Shown piece after piece: positions 1 to 8,631 of a stretch of 34,501 nucleotides of DNA. The DNA lies in assembly GCA_030040335.1 (NCBI GenBank), contig JASHTX010000020.1, positions 1 through 34,501 on the forward strand. The letters run 5' to 3'. Position numbers and translations under genes: made by a program. The stretch comes from Candidatus Micrarchaeota archaeon. Its GTDB lineage: Archaea; Micrarchaeota; Micrarchaeia; Micrarchaeales; CABMGC01. How positions within the stretch are numbered: the first letter of the stretch is position 1; each line of letters begins with the position of its first letter. The notes beneath the pieces were generated by a model. It worked only from the letters and a program-made list of their open reading frames with translations. It did not search any database and had not been told where the DNA came from.

Positions 1-288
1 TTTGCAGTCAGCAAGCTGGAGCTCAAGAGGAGCCTGACTGTGATGGGAGTGAGCCAGAAAGGGGTTGAGGAGCTGCTCTCCCAACTCAACAAGATGCGAA
101 GACATGTGAACGTCGTGGCCTTTGCCGGCATGCTGCAGAAGGTAGGTTTGAACGCAGACGATGCGGCCAACGTGCTCAGGCGCATCGGGATAGACGACAT
201 AACGATTGCAAGCGTCTTCAACGTGCTCGATGAGGAAAGGATAAAGAGCACATACGGGAGGATAGTGGAGATAGCTGTAACTTCGTGA
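1..288 (+). CDS. hypothetical protein, 3' fragment (5' end lies upstream of the window)
   Basis: Frame 1 is open from base 1 to TGA at 286-288. Track ORF 40..288 is only the part after the first in-window Met. No motif recognised. Confidence 0.45.
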   Translation, partial: FAVSKLELKRSLTVMGVSQKGVEELLSQLNKMRRHVNVVAFAGMLQKVGLNADDAANVLRRIGIDDITIASVFNVLDEERIKSTYGRIVEIAVTS

Positions 289-292
289 TTTA

Positions 293-655
293 TTGAAGAA
301 AACGGTATGCATAATCTGCGGTAATCAGGTGAAGGGCTTGGAGGTGCAGGATGACTACTTCCTTGAGAGCGTGAGATGGTTCAAGAGGAACGTCACGAAG
401 AACCTCCAGGGTAATAGGCTGGTTGTCTGCGAAGCCGATTATCCAAAATACAAGGCCGACAGGAAAAGATTTGAGTCAAGGCAGCACCTTTACCTGGCTT
501 TGGGCACCATGTTCGTCATACTGAGCCTTTTTGTGGCTCCCAGGCTCACGACTCTCGTGGTCGCGCTCCCCATCGGGGTACTGCTCTACCTACTCCCCTT
601 CCTGAACTACACGCCGAAGATAAACATAAACATAAAAAAGCAACATACTCAATAG
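293..655 (+). CDS. small hypothetical membrane protein (N-terminal CxxC-containing segment, two C-terminal hydrophobic helices)
   Basis: 120-aa ORF with TTG start 4 nt after the upstream stop. It has CIIC near the N-terminus and the hydrophobic stretches LALGTMFVILSLFVAP and LVVALPIGVLLYLLPFL. No family recognised. Confidence 0.5.
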   Translation: MKKTVCIICGNQVKGLEVQDDYFLESVRWFKRNVTKNLQGNRLVVCEADYPKYKADRKRFESRQHLYLALGTMFVILSLFVAPRLTTLVVALPIGVLLYLLPFLNYTPKININIKKQHTQ

Positions 656-685
656 ATATGTTTGTTGAGAGGAAGGTGTGAGTGA

Positions 686-1414
686 GTGGCGCAGGAAGAA
701 ACTGAGGCAGAGCCAAAAGTCGAACAGGTTGTCTTCGATGGCAAGCTCCTGACAGACTTCAACGACGTTAAGCAGAAGCTCGCCAACATTCCTTTCTATT
801 CCTTCCAGGTCGCTCCGGACAGGCTCGAAATAGTCAGGGTCGAGAGCAGGAACATACACAAGCGTCCTTTCCTCTTCTACATGATCACAATAAGGCAGGA
901 TTCGCTGGAGCTCATCTACTCAATAGTGCCGGGAAGCAGCGAGAACCTGAGAAGGGCAACGGTGATAAAGGATCTTGCATCATTGCTTTCAGTCACGAAA
1001 GACGGCTTCCAGGTAGACCAGGGAAAGTTCTTCCAGTACATAGATTCGACAATGGACAGCCTGTTAGGCAGTCTCTCCCAGAGCTACAGCACGCTCTTCA
1101 ACAAGTACGATGCGATGCTTAACGATTTCGTGGAATTGAAGAAGCTCGTGACGGACCTGCAGACATCGAACAGGAACCTCACGCTTCAGACAAGCCAGCT
1201 CAACGAAGAGAACAAAGCACTTACAGAAGAGATCAAATCCTTGCAGACCTACTCTGACGAGGCCTTGATGGCGATGGTTCAGGACTGGATAGAGGTGCAC
1301 AACAGTTCCATAGACATAGTAGAGTTCTCCAAGGCCCACAAGGTCTCAGAGCCGAGGGTCGAACAGGTACTGGACAAGATGGTGAGCATGGGCTACATTG
1401 AGCTGAAGAGCTAG
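686..1414 (+). CDS. hypothetical protein with central coiled coil and C-terminal winged-helix-like segment
   Basis: 242-aa ORF with GTG start. A heptad-like region (LKKLVTDLQTSNRNLTLQTSQLNEENKALTEEIKSLQ) is followed by IVEFSKAHKVSEPRVEQVLDKMVSMGYIELK, typical of a wHTH recognition region. A T5 run follows the stop. Confidence 0.6.
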   Translation: MAQEETEAEPKVEQVVFDGKLLTDFNDVKQKLANIPFYSFQVAPDRLEIVRVESRNIHKRPFLFYMITIRQDSLELIYSIVPGSSENLRRATVIKDLASLLSVTKDGFQVDQGKFFQYIDSTMDSLLGSLSQSYSTLFNKYDAMLNDFVELKKLVTDLQTSNRNLTLQTSQLNEENKALTEEIKSLQTYSDEALMAMVQDWIEVHNSSIDIVEFSKAHKVSEPRVEQVLDKMVSMGYIELKS

Positions 1415-1422
1415 GTTTTTAG

Positions 1423-1578
1423 ATGAACTACTACGTGACCATCAACAAGAAGTTCCAGTATGTAAAGGTATTCGGGATCGTAAAAAAGATTAATGAGAAA
1501 ACCAATCCTCTTTCAAAAGCTTTGAGTTCATTTATTGAAGGCATGATCACGAAGAAGGGAAATACGGGACAGGTGTGA
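1423..1578 (+). CDS. possible small basic protein (51 aa), not on the supplied ORF track
   Basis: I translated ATG 1423 to TGA 1576-1578 by hand as MNYYVTINKKFQYVKVFGIVKKINEKTNPLSKALSSFIEGMITKKGNTGQV. It fills the 177-nt gap between two same-strand genes. No homology evidence. Confidence 0.25.
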   Translation: MNYYVTINKKFQYVKVFGIVKKINEKTNPLSKALSSFIEGMITKKGNTGQV

Positions 1579-1591
1579 TGCGGGATTTGAG

Positions 1592-3961
1592 ATGAAGACC
1601 ATCTACAAGATAGGAGTGGGGCTCCTGATCTTCTTAGTCTTTCTGGCTGCGCTATTCCTGTATATTCAGAATGCCCTGAACAACGTAACCAGAACCGTTA
1701 ACGTGACCGCCATCACTACCAACAAGACGCAGACTGGTCCATTGTCATTCTTTGCGAGCGTGGACCAGCACTACGCATTCTACTACAACAATAACTCATA
1801 CACTCCATTAGATTACCTGCTCACTTCATACAGCTCTGCAAATGCAACCTCAGGAAATGTGACGCTCGATGTCTATGCAAGCAATCCCACACAGCAGGTC
1901 TATCTTTTGAACGTAACACAGACCTGCATAGAATGTTTTGAAGAGAATACATTGAGGACTGATCTTGCTTCGACATTGCTCTCGGACGATCTCATAGACA
2001 ATAGCACAAGCCTCAACTACACCAATGTCTCAAGCCTGACATCGACACCCGCAGGATCTGTAATCATCATACCATCTGGCCTGCTGCCAACAGCGCTCGT
2101 GCAAGAGCCACAACCAATACTCTTGACGCTATTGGGAGAAGGAGACACAGTAATTTACATCGGGCAGAGTTTTACCAGACTTATAGACCCTACGGGCCTT
2201 ATCAGGGTGGAACCGCAAGTTGTTTCAGCGCTTGCGGCAAATGGAATCACGGTCATGCAGGGAAACGCCACTTCATCACCGCAAACGGTCGTCACAACTG
2301 ATAACGTCAATTTCAGCAGTTCAACTTTCTACTTTAGTCCGGGAGCCAGGTATGAGGGAGTCCCGTACGTTAGCTTCGAAAACGGAACGCTTGTCGCATT
2401 TTCAAACTATCCCAAGAGTTCTTGGAGTTCACCAGAAGGCATGGCCCAGGACATAGCATCGATTATCGACTCGAGATTCTGGCTTCAGAAGCTTGGTAGT
2501 TCAACGAGCAGCCTTCCGATTGCTTCCCATTCCAGCAGCGCATTGGGAATTTTTACGCTTTTGACCATACCGCAGGGGCAGGGTGTTGCAACCGCGGTAA
2601 ACAATAGTTACTCTCTGCTCACTTTTGTAGCGAGCAATAGCAAGAACTGGACAAAGCGCGAACTGATTGTAAGAAATACGTATAACGCTCCGGGCTTTAT
2701 AGGGATACAACCATCAATAGGCGAGACCCAGTACGTGCCCATATACATACAGATCAAAAACCTCGTCTCCACGCTTATGCTACACATCGACATATACAAC
2801 ATGAATCTTACCTACCTGGGCTCGATTCCGATCGGTACGGTCACAGGCTCCTCGGGCGCACTGCACTATACCTCATTCGCACTGCCTCCAGGATATTACA
2901 TAATAGAACTCAAGGACTTCAGCGACAACTACTACGGAGGGGCCCTCTTCCAACTGGCCAATGCAACGCTGAATCCGGTTTCTCTTGATTTCTCCAATGA
3001 TACGTTCATCTTCTCCGCCTACAGCAATCAGACGCCGCTCAACAACGCCACGTACCAAGTGAACTTGAATGGCGCATACAGCTCCACAGGCACGGTGGAG
3101 GACGGAATAATAGATTATAGGTTGCCAAAAGGAGCTCTAATAAACAACGGACCGCAGAAGTTCAATTTTGTAATATTAAGCACCAACTATCAACTCGTGG
3201 AAGGGAGCACCTTTGTGCCAAGCATTCCTTCGGTTCCGTCGATAGACATAGAGTTCGCGGTTGTGATAATAGTGGTTCTTCTCTTCAACCTCGTCCTCAA
3301 ACCGCCGAACAGAGACGAATACTACATTGACGTGCCGGAATTCTTGCCAAGCAAAAGGGAAAAGGCAGCGGTCCAGAAGAGCATTCTGCTCGGCATATTC
3401 GACAAGGTCAACTACTATTACAGATGGCACTACATGCCGCTGAATCCTGAAGAGATAAAGCGAGGTATCGGAAACAACATCAGGATAAATAACGTGCCCA
3501 TAGCGATAACGACCCAGAATGCCAATTCTGTCATATCAACGCTGGTTGCGGACGGCAGCGTTGTCAGCGCCGCGGGCTACTACGCTCCTAAAGCATGGAT
3601 CAATGCGGCCAAGCATGATGTGGAATACCTGACAATCTTCAGAAAGCTTCGCGACTACTGCGTCCTGCACGCGATGCTCTTCACCGACCTGGACCTGTAC
3701 GACAATGCGGATATGCTAGTAACCAAGAATACGAAACAGCTGGCGGTTTACATCTACACGCAGGATTCGAAGATGAAGAAGATGATTCTTTCAAAAGACT
3801 CGAAGGTTGCGATAGTATTCCTGACAGACGAGGAAATGCGCAACTTCAAGACAGAGCTATACACTTCGTTTGGAAAGGAAGCGGAGGTATTGAAACTAGG
3901 CATAGAGTACAACTACATAAAGTTGGTAGATACAGACCATCTGGATCAGTTGGTGCTCTGA
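1592..3961 (+). CDS. large bitopic, probably N-glycosylated surface protein with cytoplasmic C-terminal domain (hypothetical)
   Basis: 789-aa ORF with an N-terminal hydrophobic helix (IGVGLLIFLVFLAALFLYI). A roughly 530-aa S/T/N-rich segment carries many N-x-S/T sequons (NVT, NKT, NAT, NST, NYT, NVS...). A second TM helix (FAVVIIVVLLFNLVL) is followed by a roughly 200-aa non-hydrophobic tail. Its 3' end overlaps the convergent top6B 3' end by 16 nt. Confidence 0.8.
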   Translation: MKTIYKIGVGLLIFLVFLAALFLYIQNALNNVTRTVNVTAITTNKTQTGPLSFFASVDQHYAFYYNNNSYTPLDYLLTSYSSANATSGNVTLDVYASNPTQQVYLLNVTQTCIECFEENTLRTDLASTLLSDDLIDNSTSLNYTNVSSLTSTPAGSVIIIPSGLLPTALVQEPQPILLTLLGEGDTVIYIGQSFTRLIDPTGLIRVEPQVVSALAANGITVMQGNATSSPQTVVTTDNVNFSSSTFYFSPGARYEGVPYVSFENGTLVAFSNYPKSSWSSPEGMAQDIASIIDSRFWLQKLGSSTSSLPIASHSSSALGIFTLLTIPQGQGVATAVNNSYSLLTFVASNSKNWTKRELIVRNTYNAPGFIGIQPSIGETQYVPIYIQIKNLVSTLMLHIDIYNMNLTYLGSIPIGTVTGSSGALHYTSFALPPGYYIIELKDFSDNYYGGALFQLANATLNPVSLDFSNDTFIFSAYSNQTPLNNATYQVNLNGAYSSTGTVEDGIIDYRLPKGALINNGPQKFNFVILSTNYQLVEGSTFVPSIPSVPSIDIEFAVVIIVVLLFNLVLKPPNRDEYYIDVPEFLPSKREKAAVQKSILLGIFDKVNYYYRWHYMPLNPEEIKRGIGNNIRINNVPIAITTQNANSVISTLVADGSVVSAAGYYAPKAWINAAKHDVEYLTIFRKLRDYCVLHAMLFTDLDLYDNADMLVTKNTKQLAVYIYTQDSKMKKMILSKDSKVAIVFLTDEEMRNFKTELYTSFGKEAEVLKLGIEYNYIKLVDTDHLDQLVL

Positions 3962-5526
3962 TCCTCCTCCTTGAAGAGGTTTTTGTACTTCTTCTCTATG
4001 AGCGACTTCAGCTCCTTCTCGGTCTCCTCCTTCTTCCTGCCGGTTATCTCCTCAAGGTCTGCGGATAGCTGGCTTACGTAGCGGGCTATCGTCTTGTAGC
4101 CACTTTCCTGTAGGCTCTTGTGCCTTTCGCCGCTCAGATACCTTTCAAGCTTCCTTCCGGCGTCCTGCACGGCCAGCTTTATCTCCTCCACTATCTCGTC
4201 CTCCTGCGCTATCGCCTGCTTCCCAACGCCGGAGTAGGGAATGTATACCGAGGAAACATTGACCAAAACACTCACAGGCTCCTCTTCGAACCTGGCTATA
4301 GAATACCTTTTCCAGTCGATGCCGTTCACGGCTTCGGTTATTGCGCAGCTGCCGGTGTCGAAAAGCAGTGGCACTTTGTTGGCGAATCTGAGTATGCTGC
4401 CCGAGACCGTCTCGCCGCTTTGCTTACCTGACTTTCCGCCGTACGCTATTCCGACTTCGACAACAAAAGGAATGCCGCCCTTGAAGACGCGAGGCTTTCT
4501 CTCAACGACAGACACAAACCTCGGATCGAGGATGTTCTTTATCGCCACTTCTATCTGCTGCTCCCCTATGGTTGAAAGGGCATCCAGCTCTGGCGCTATC
4601 CACTTCATCTGCTTAAACGCGTTGACTATCTTCTCAGCATCCTGCCACGTGAGTTCCTTAGGGCTTTTCTCAAAATCCACGTCCTTTGCAAGCTCTGCCG
4701 CCTCCTTTGCCCTTTCGTGGGATACCCGTGAGAACGTGTCTTCCAGGAATGACGTGACCTTTCTGCTCTCGCTTGCCCTAGCGAAATCAAGGAGGTCGCT
4801 GGTCGAGAGGCCAAGAGGGTGCGGCTTTATCTGCCTGGGCTTGGCGGGCATCTTCTCGACAGATCTGGGGAATATCGCCTCACCGCCTTCAGGCTCGACC
4901 AGTTTTATGCTTGCGTGCGGGTTTGAGAGCGCCGTACGCCTCACATACTCGTAGACTCCGTGATCGCTTTTCTCATATTTTGTCTCCCCGAACTCTCCTG
5001 AGATTTCCAGCCCGCGGAAATTCGGCTCGATCTTCTCCAGGTTGTTCACCAATGGCTTGTTGCCCTTTATGTCTATGCTAAGATCGCACTCATACGCCTC
5101 CTTTCCGGTGCTGGACCTCACGCGTATGCCATTTCCTGTTGTTATAAGAGCGAAGATTGTGCAGCCGCCCGCCCCTATGCCCTGCTGGCCGCGCTGCTGC
5201 ATGTACCTGTGAAACTTAGTTCCAGTGAGCACTGATGCGAGCGCCTTGCCCACGTGTTTGGAAGGTATTCCGGGGCCGTTGTCCCTTACATAGATGCTGT
5301 ACCTGCTCTCGCTCACCTCTTTCACCCTGACCTCAATATCGGGAAGGATGTTAGCCTCCTCTGTGGCATCAAGGGAGTTTGTCAGATACTCATGGATTAT
5401 TGTAGTAAGGGACCTGACCTTGCCTGCGTAGCCGAGCATCTGGCTGTTCTTCCTGAAGAACTCGGTGATGGAGTGCTCCTTGAACTCCTTGAATATCTCG
5501 TCTGCTGATTTTGTCTCCTGCATCAC
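3946..5526 (-). CDS. top6B: DNA topoisomerase VI subunit B
   Basis: 526 aa. GHKL/Bergerat ATPase motifs are present: N-box EYLTNSLDA, G1 DNGPGIP and G2 GQQGIGAGG. The N-terminus ...SITEFFRKNSQMLGY... and the length are typical of archaeal Top6B. Confidence 0.95.
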   Translation of the reverse strand: MMQETKSADEIFKEFKEHSITEFFRKNSQMLGYAGKVRSLTTIIHEYLTNSLDATEEANILPDIEVRVKEVSESRYSIYVRDNGPGIPSKHVGKALASVLTGTKFHRYMQQRGQQGIGAGGCTIFALITTGNGIRVRSSTGKEAYECDLSIDIKGNKPLVNNLEKIEPNFRGLEISGEFGETKYEKSDHGVYEYVRRTALSNPHASIKLVEPEGGEAIFPRSVEKMPAKPRQIKPHPLGLSTSDLLDFARASESRKVTSFLEDTFSRVSHERAKEAAELAKDVDFEKSPKELTWQDAEKIVNAFKQMKWIAPELDALSTIGEQQIEVAIKNILDPRFVSVVERKPRVFKGGIPFVVEVGIAYGGKSGKQSGETVSGSILRFANKVPLLFDTGSCAITEAVNGIDWKRYSIARFEEEPVSVLVNVSSVYIPYSGVGKQAIAQEDEIVEEIKLAVQDAGRKLERYLSGERHKSLQESGYKTIARYVSQLSADLEEITGRKKEETEKELKSLIEKKYKNLFKEEDQSTN

Positions 5527-6035
5527 GCACCCCTCATCTTCCTTTTCGCCTTTTCCATGACCGCGTATGCCTTGCTGTGAGTTCCACCCTCGAGCAGTAT
5601 GTCCATGGCAGCCCTCGCGATCTTTATCTCCTCAACACTACCTATGAAGCTCACCGTATCGCCGTAGATGGCAACCTGGGCGCCGCTGACCTGCTGCACG
5701 TAGTTCTTGGTCTTTCCGTCGCTCCCGATTACCCTCGCCTTTATCCTCTTTATCTGTCCCTCATTCTTAAAAAGCTCTTTCATGTCAACGGATTCGAAGA
5801 AGTAGTCATCAGATAGCAGTTTGCAGGCGATATCCAGCTCGAATCCTCTCGCGAACGCCTGCATCACCACTCTGGCGTTGTACTCGTTCAGTGCGTCTCC
5901 CTCTATCACGAGCTCGTTACCGTTCCTTATCTCCATCTTGCACGAGAGCCGCTTCTGCGCTGCGCCGAGGAGCTTTTTGTCATGCAGCAGCTCTGCCCTT
6001 TTTGTCGGTATGAGTATCTGTTGCATCTGCACCAC
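5523..6035 (-). CDS. KH-domain RNA-binding protein, Dim2/Pno1-like
   Basis: 170 aa with a KH GxxG loop (VIGSDGKTKNYV) and a two-KH architecture typical of the archaeal aDim2p-like family. GTG at 6035 or ATG at 6026 (MQQILIPTK) are both possible starts. The stop overlaps the top6B ATG (ATGA, 5523-5526). Confidence 0.85.
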   Translation of the reverse strand: MVQMQQILIPTKRAELLHDKKLLGAAQKRLSCKMEIRNGNELVIEGDALNEYNARVVMQAFARGFELDIACKLLSDDYFFESVDMKELFKNEGQIKRIKARVIGSDGKTKNYVQQVSGAQVAIYGDTVSFIGSVEEIKIARAAMDILLEGGTHSKAYAVMEKAKRKMRGA

Positions 6036-6242
6036 AAAAAGAAGATATACGGATCTTTATTGTTTCAAAAATTTATAATACCTTATTGTTTTTCTTCGGC
6101 TATTGAATTTTATCGTCGTAAAACTCAGAAGTGGGCGGGATTAGCGGAATAGCGGAAGCGATTTGCGTGATTTAAGGGAAGTATACGAATAAAGCGCAAG
6201 CTTTAAATATCTAAATAGTAGCATACATGTGATTGTTTCATG

Positions 6243-6260
6243 ATTCTTTCAAGAAAGAAT
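6243..6260. promoter_or_regulatory. inverted repeat ATTCTTTC-AA-GAAAGAAT, candidate operator upstream of the wHTH gene at 6287
   Basis: Perfect 8-2-8 palindrome read directly from the sequence. It is flanked by TGATTC (6241-6246) and two GAATCA copies (6264-6269, 6275-6280). It lies between a TATA-like TTTAAATAT (about 6202-6210) and the start codon. Confidence 0.3.
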
Positions 6261-6286
6261 TGCGAATCAAGTGGGAATCATCATAG

Positions 6287-6793
6287 ATGGATGGGAGAAA
6301 GATGAACAAGAAACAACTTGAGGAAGTAATAGACGCGCTTACCAAGGGGCTCAACGAGGCCAGGCAGAAGAACTCTGCCAAGCTTCCGGAGAGCGCCAAC
6401 CTAGACGACCTGATAAAGTACATGGTGGGCCAGAGGGAGGAGACGAACAGGATGCTTGCAAGGCTGAGCGAGCGCATGAAGGTGCTTGAGGAGACGGTAG
6501 TGAGCATGGGCAATGACCAGGCTGCCGATGTCTACCCCGAAGCGATAGAGGTTCCGCTCTCGCCTGTGGAAAAGAGGATAATCAACTTTGTGGAAACACA
6601 AAAGGACCAGATGGCCTGCGCAGAAGAGGTTAGGAAGTTCATGGGCTACAAAGGGAACAACGCGGCCTGCACCAAGCTGAAGCGCCTCGAGACGCTCCAG
6701 CTGCTGACAAGATACCAGATGGGCCACAAAGTTTATTACAAAGTTTCTGCTGGCAAGGCGACCATGCCACTGATTTTATCACCTCCACAGTAA
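6287..6793 (+). CDS. hypothetical winged-helix DNA-binding protein with N-terminal helical/coiled region
   Basis: 168 aa. The C-terminal part, VEKRIINFVETQKDQMACAEEVRKFMGYKGNNAACTKLKRLETLQLLTRYQMGHKVYYKV, looks like a MarR/ArsR-type wHTH with wing. An alternative start is at 6302 (MNKKQ). Confidence 0.65.
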   Translation: MDGRKMNKKQLEEVIDALTKGLNEARQKNSAKLPESANLDDLIKYMVGQREETNRMLARLSERMKVLEETVVSMGNDQAADVYPEAIEVPLSPVEKRIINFVETQKDQMACAEEVRKFMGYKGNNAACTKLKRLETLQLLTRYQMGHKVYYKVSAGKATMPLILSPPQ

Positions 6794-6800
6794 GAACTCT

Positions 6801-6828
6801 GGGCCTGTTCTTCCCCCAAGACAGGCCC
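6801..6828 (+). terminator. stem-loop after the stop of the 6287..6793 gene
   Basis: GGGCCTGT (6801-6808) pairs perfectly with ACAGGCCC (6821-6828) around a 12-nt loop, with pyrimidine-rich sequence downstream. Archaeal terminators are usually T-tracts, so the function is uncertain. Confidence 0.3.
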
Positions 6829-6896
6829 TTCTACTTCTTACTTGGCAGCGTTTGCCAGGCTGCTAATTTTTAAGCAGCGGAGCCCAACTATAACCG

Positions 6897-7880
6897 ATGG
6901 ACAACGTTGCGGTATTGTCCCACAAGGCTGACATAGACGGAGTCGGGAGCGCAGCGCTGGTCAAGATGAAGTACGGGATTCCGGCCGCGAACATTTTCTT
7001 CACAGGCTACAGCCTGGAGGACATGGAGTACGCGGAGAAGGGATTGCAGAAGCTGTACAGAAAACGCCTGCTCCTTTTTATAACGGACATCAACCCTGAC
7101 GAGACAACGGCGCAGGTCTATAACAGGATAATCAGAGGGATAAAGTCAAACGGCGGCAGGGTCGTGATACTGGACCATCACCCATGGAAGAAAAGGATGA
7201 TAGGGGAAATCGCACGCAGGTGCGACTTCGCGGTCTTCGGGGAAAACAAGAATGCGTGTGCGACAGAGTTGGTGCAGAGATATACGGGGCTGAAGGGCAC
7301 TTTCGTGGACTCATTCACCTACCTGGTCCATCACGTGGACCTTTTCATAAGGATAAAGGAAAAGAGATACAGGGATCTTGCCGAAACGTACAAGATGAGC
7401 ATTGGATACTTCAACATGAGCAGCAGCTTTGCAGCAAAGACAAGGGACCTGAGGCATCTTGCGGATCTCATAAGCAGGAAGAGATTCTCTGACGCGCGGG
7501 TGAGAAAGGCGGCTTTGAGGTTTGCAAGGCTGAACAGCGAGAGGATAGCGAAGATGCTGGACGGCGTCACATTCGTCTCCGAAGACATGGGGATAGGATT
7601 TTCCAAGCAGATCGACTCGACAGACGCGTGCAGGGCGATAATAGAGAGAAAGCATGTCGACATAGGCATTGTGATAAACACTGACCACATGACCGGCAGC
7701 ATAAGGAGCGAAAGTGCGGATGTGATACGCCTGGCGAACAAGCTCGGCGGCGGAGGGCATCCACATGCGGCAGGCTTCAGCGTAAACGCCAAGAAGTACG
7801 GTTTACTCAGAAGCCAGAATGGCCGAAAAAGGTTGGTCGACCATATAGAAGAGTCGGCAAGAGCGACAGGATATCTCTGA
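6897..7880 (+). CDS. DHH/DHHA1-family phosphoesterase (NrnA/RecJ-like)
   Basis: 327 aa. Motifs are SHKADIDGVGSA (DxD), VVILDHHPW (DHH) and C-terminal GGGGHPHAAGF (DHHA1 GGGH signature). TATA-like AATTTTTAAG lies about 25 nt upstream. Confidence 0.85.
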   Translation: MDNVAVLSHKADIDGVGSAALVKMKYGIPAANIFFTGYSLEDMEYAEKGLQKLYRKRLLLFITDINPDETTAQVYNRIIRGIKSNGGRVVILDHHPWKKRMIGEIARRCDFAVFGENKNACATELVQRYTGLKGTFVDSFTYLVHHVDLFIRIKEKRYRDLAETYKMSIGYFNMSSSFAAKTRDLRHLADLISRKRFSDARVRKAALRFARLNSERIAKMLDGVTFVSEDMGIGFSKQIDSTDACRAIIERKHVDIGIVINTDHMTGSIRSESADVIRLANKLGGGGHPHAAGFSVNAKKYGLLRSQNGRKRLVDHIEESARATGYL

Positions 7881-7882
7881 CT

Positions 7883-8614
7883 TCAGCTTCGCCTGCCTAT
7901 TATTTTCATTATTTTTTCGGTATCTTTCAGGTTTGGAAAGAGGTAATCGGGTTTCTCTCTGGAAAGCTCGCTCATTGAGTTAAAACCGGACGCAACCGCA
8001 ACAACCTTCACTCCCGCAGCCTTTCCGCCTCTGACGTCCAACGGAGAGTCGCCGAAATAAAAAACATCCTTGTCCTTTATAGACCCTAGTTTGTCACGCG
8101 CGTCTTTTATTGCAGACCTTATGACTCTGGATCTGCTCGATTCAGTTCCAAAAGCACCAAACCTGAAATAAGAAGGTTTTATTCCTGCCTTTTTCAGTTT
8201 CATGAAGGCGATTCCCCTTATATTGCCTGTCGCCAACCCCGCAGGATAATTCTCGTCTGCCAACTTTTTTAGGAGAGGCAACACACCAGGGCATAAGTTG
8301 CAGTCGTATTTGCTGAAGTTCCTCTTGAAGTAACCCAATTCCTCACGCCACAGGCTTCTCAGGCGATTCATGGCTGCCCCTTCAGGTATCCCGCCGAGTC
8401 TTGCAAGTTCCAGCATTATTGCCGTATCGGTTCTTCCGGGAAGGGAGAACTTGCCAATGCCGGTCTTCCTGGGGCCGGCAAGCATGGACATGCTTGCATT
8501 CACCCCGAAGACCTTGTTCACCGCAAACGAGAATCTGTTATGTATGACGGGAGTTCCTTTGCCCGACCTTTTTAAGAGGACCTCATCTATGTCGAAAAGC
8601 AAGATTCTGGCCAA
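7883..8614 (-). CDS. HAD-superfamily hydrolase (phosphoglycolate phosphatase-like)
   Basis: 243 aa. HAD motif I is LLFDIDEVL and motif IV is YFGDSPLDVRGGKAAG. The size fits a cap-domain architecture. Confidence 0.85.
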   Translation of the reverse strand: MARILLFDIDEVLLKRSGKGTPVIHNRFSFAVNKVFGVNASMSMLAGPRKTGIGKFSLPGRTDTAIMLELARLGGIPEGAAMNRLRSLWREELGYFKRNFSKYDCNLCPGVLPLLKKLADENYPAGLATGNIRGIAFMKLKKAGIKPSYFRFGAFGTESSRSRVIRSAIKDARDKLGSIKDKDVFYFGDSPLDVRGGKAAGVKVVAVASGFNSMSELSREKPDYLFPNLKDTEKIMKIIGRRS

Positions 8615-8631
8615 TAGATCCCCTTACCTTC

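Noticed and set aside
4241-4954. 237-aa ORF on the + strand (also 4120..4431)
   Set aside because: It is antisense to top6B, whose GHKL motifs establish the real frame. The Ser-rich composition marks it as a shadow ORF.
7311-7792. Two roughly 150-aa minus-strand ORFs
   Set aside because: They are antisense to the DHH/DHHA1 phosphoesterase gene (DHH and GGGH motifs on the + strand).
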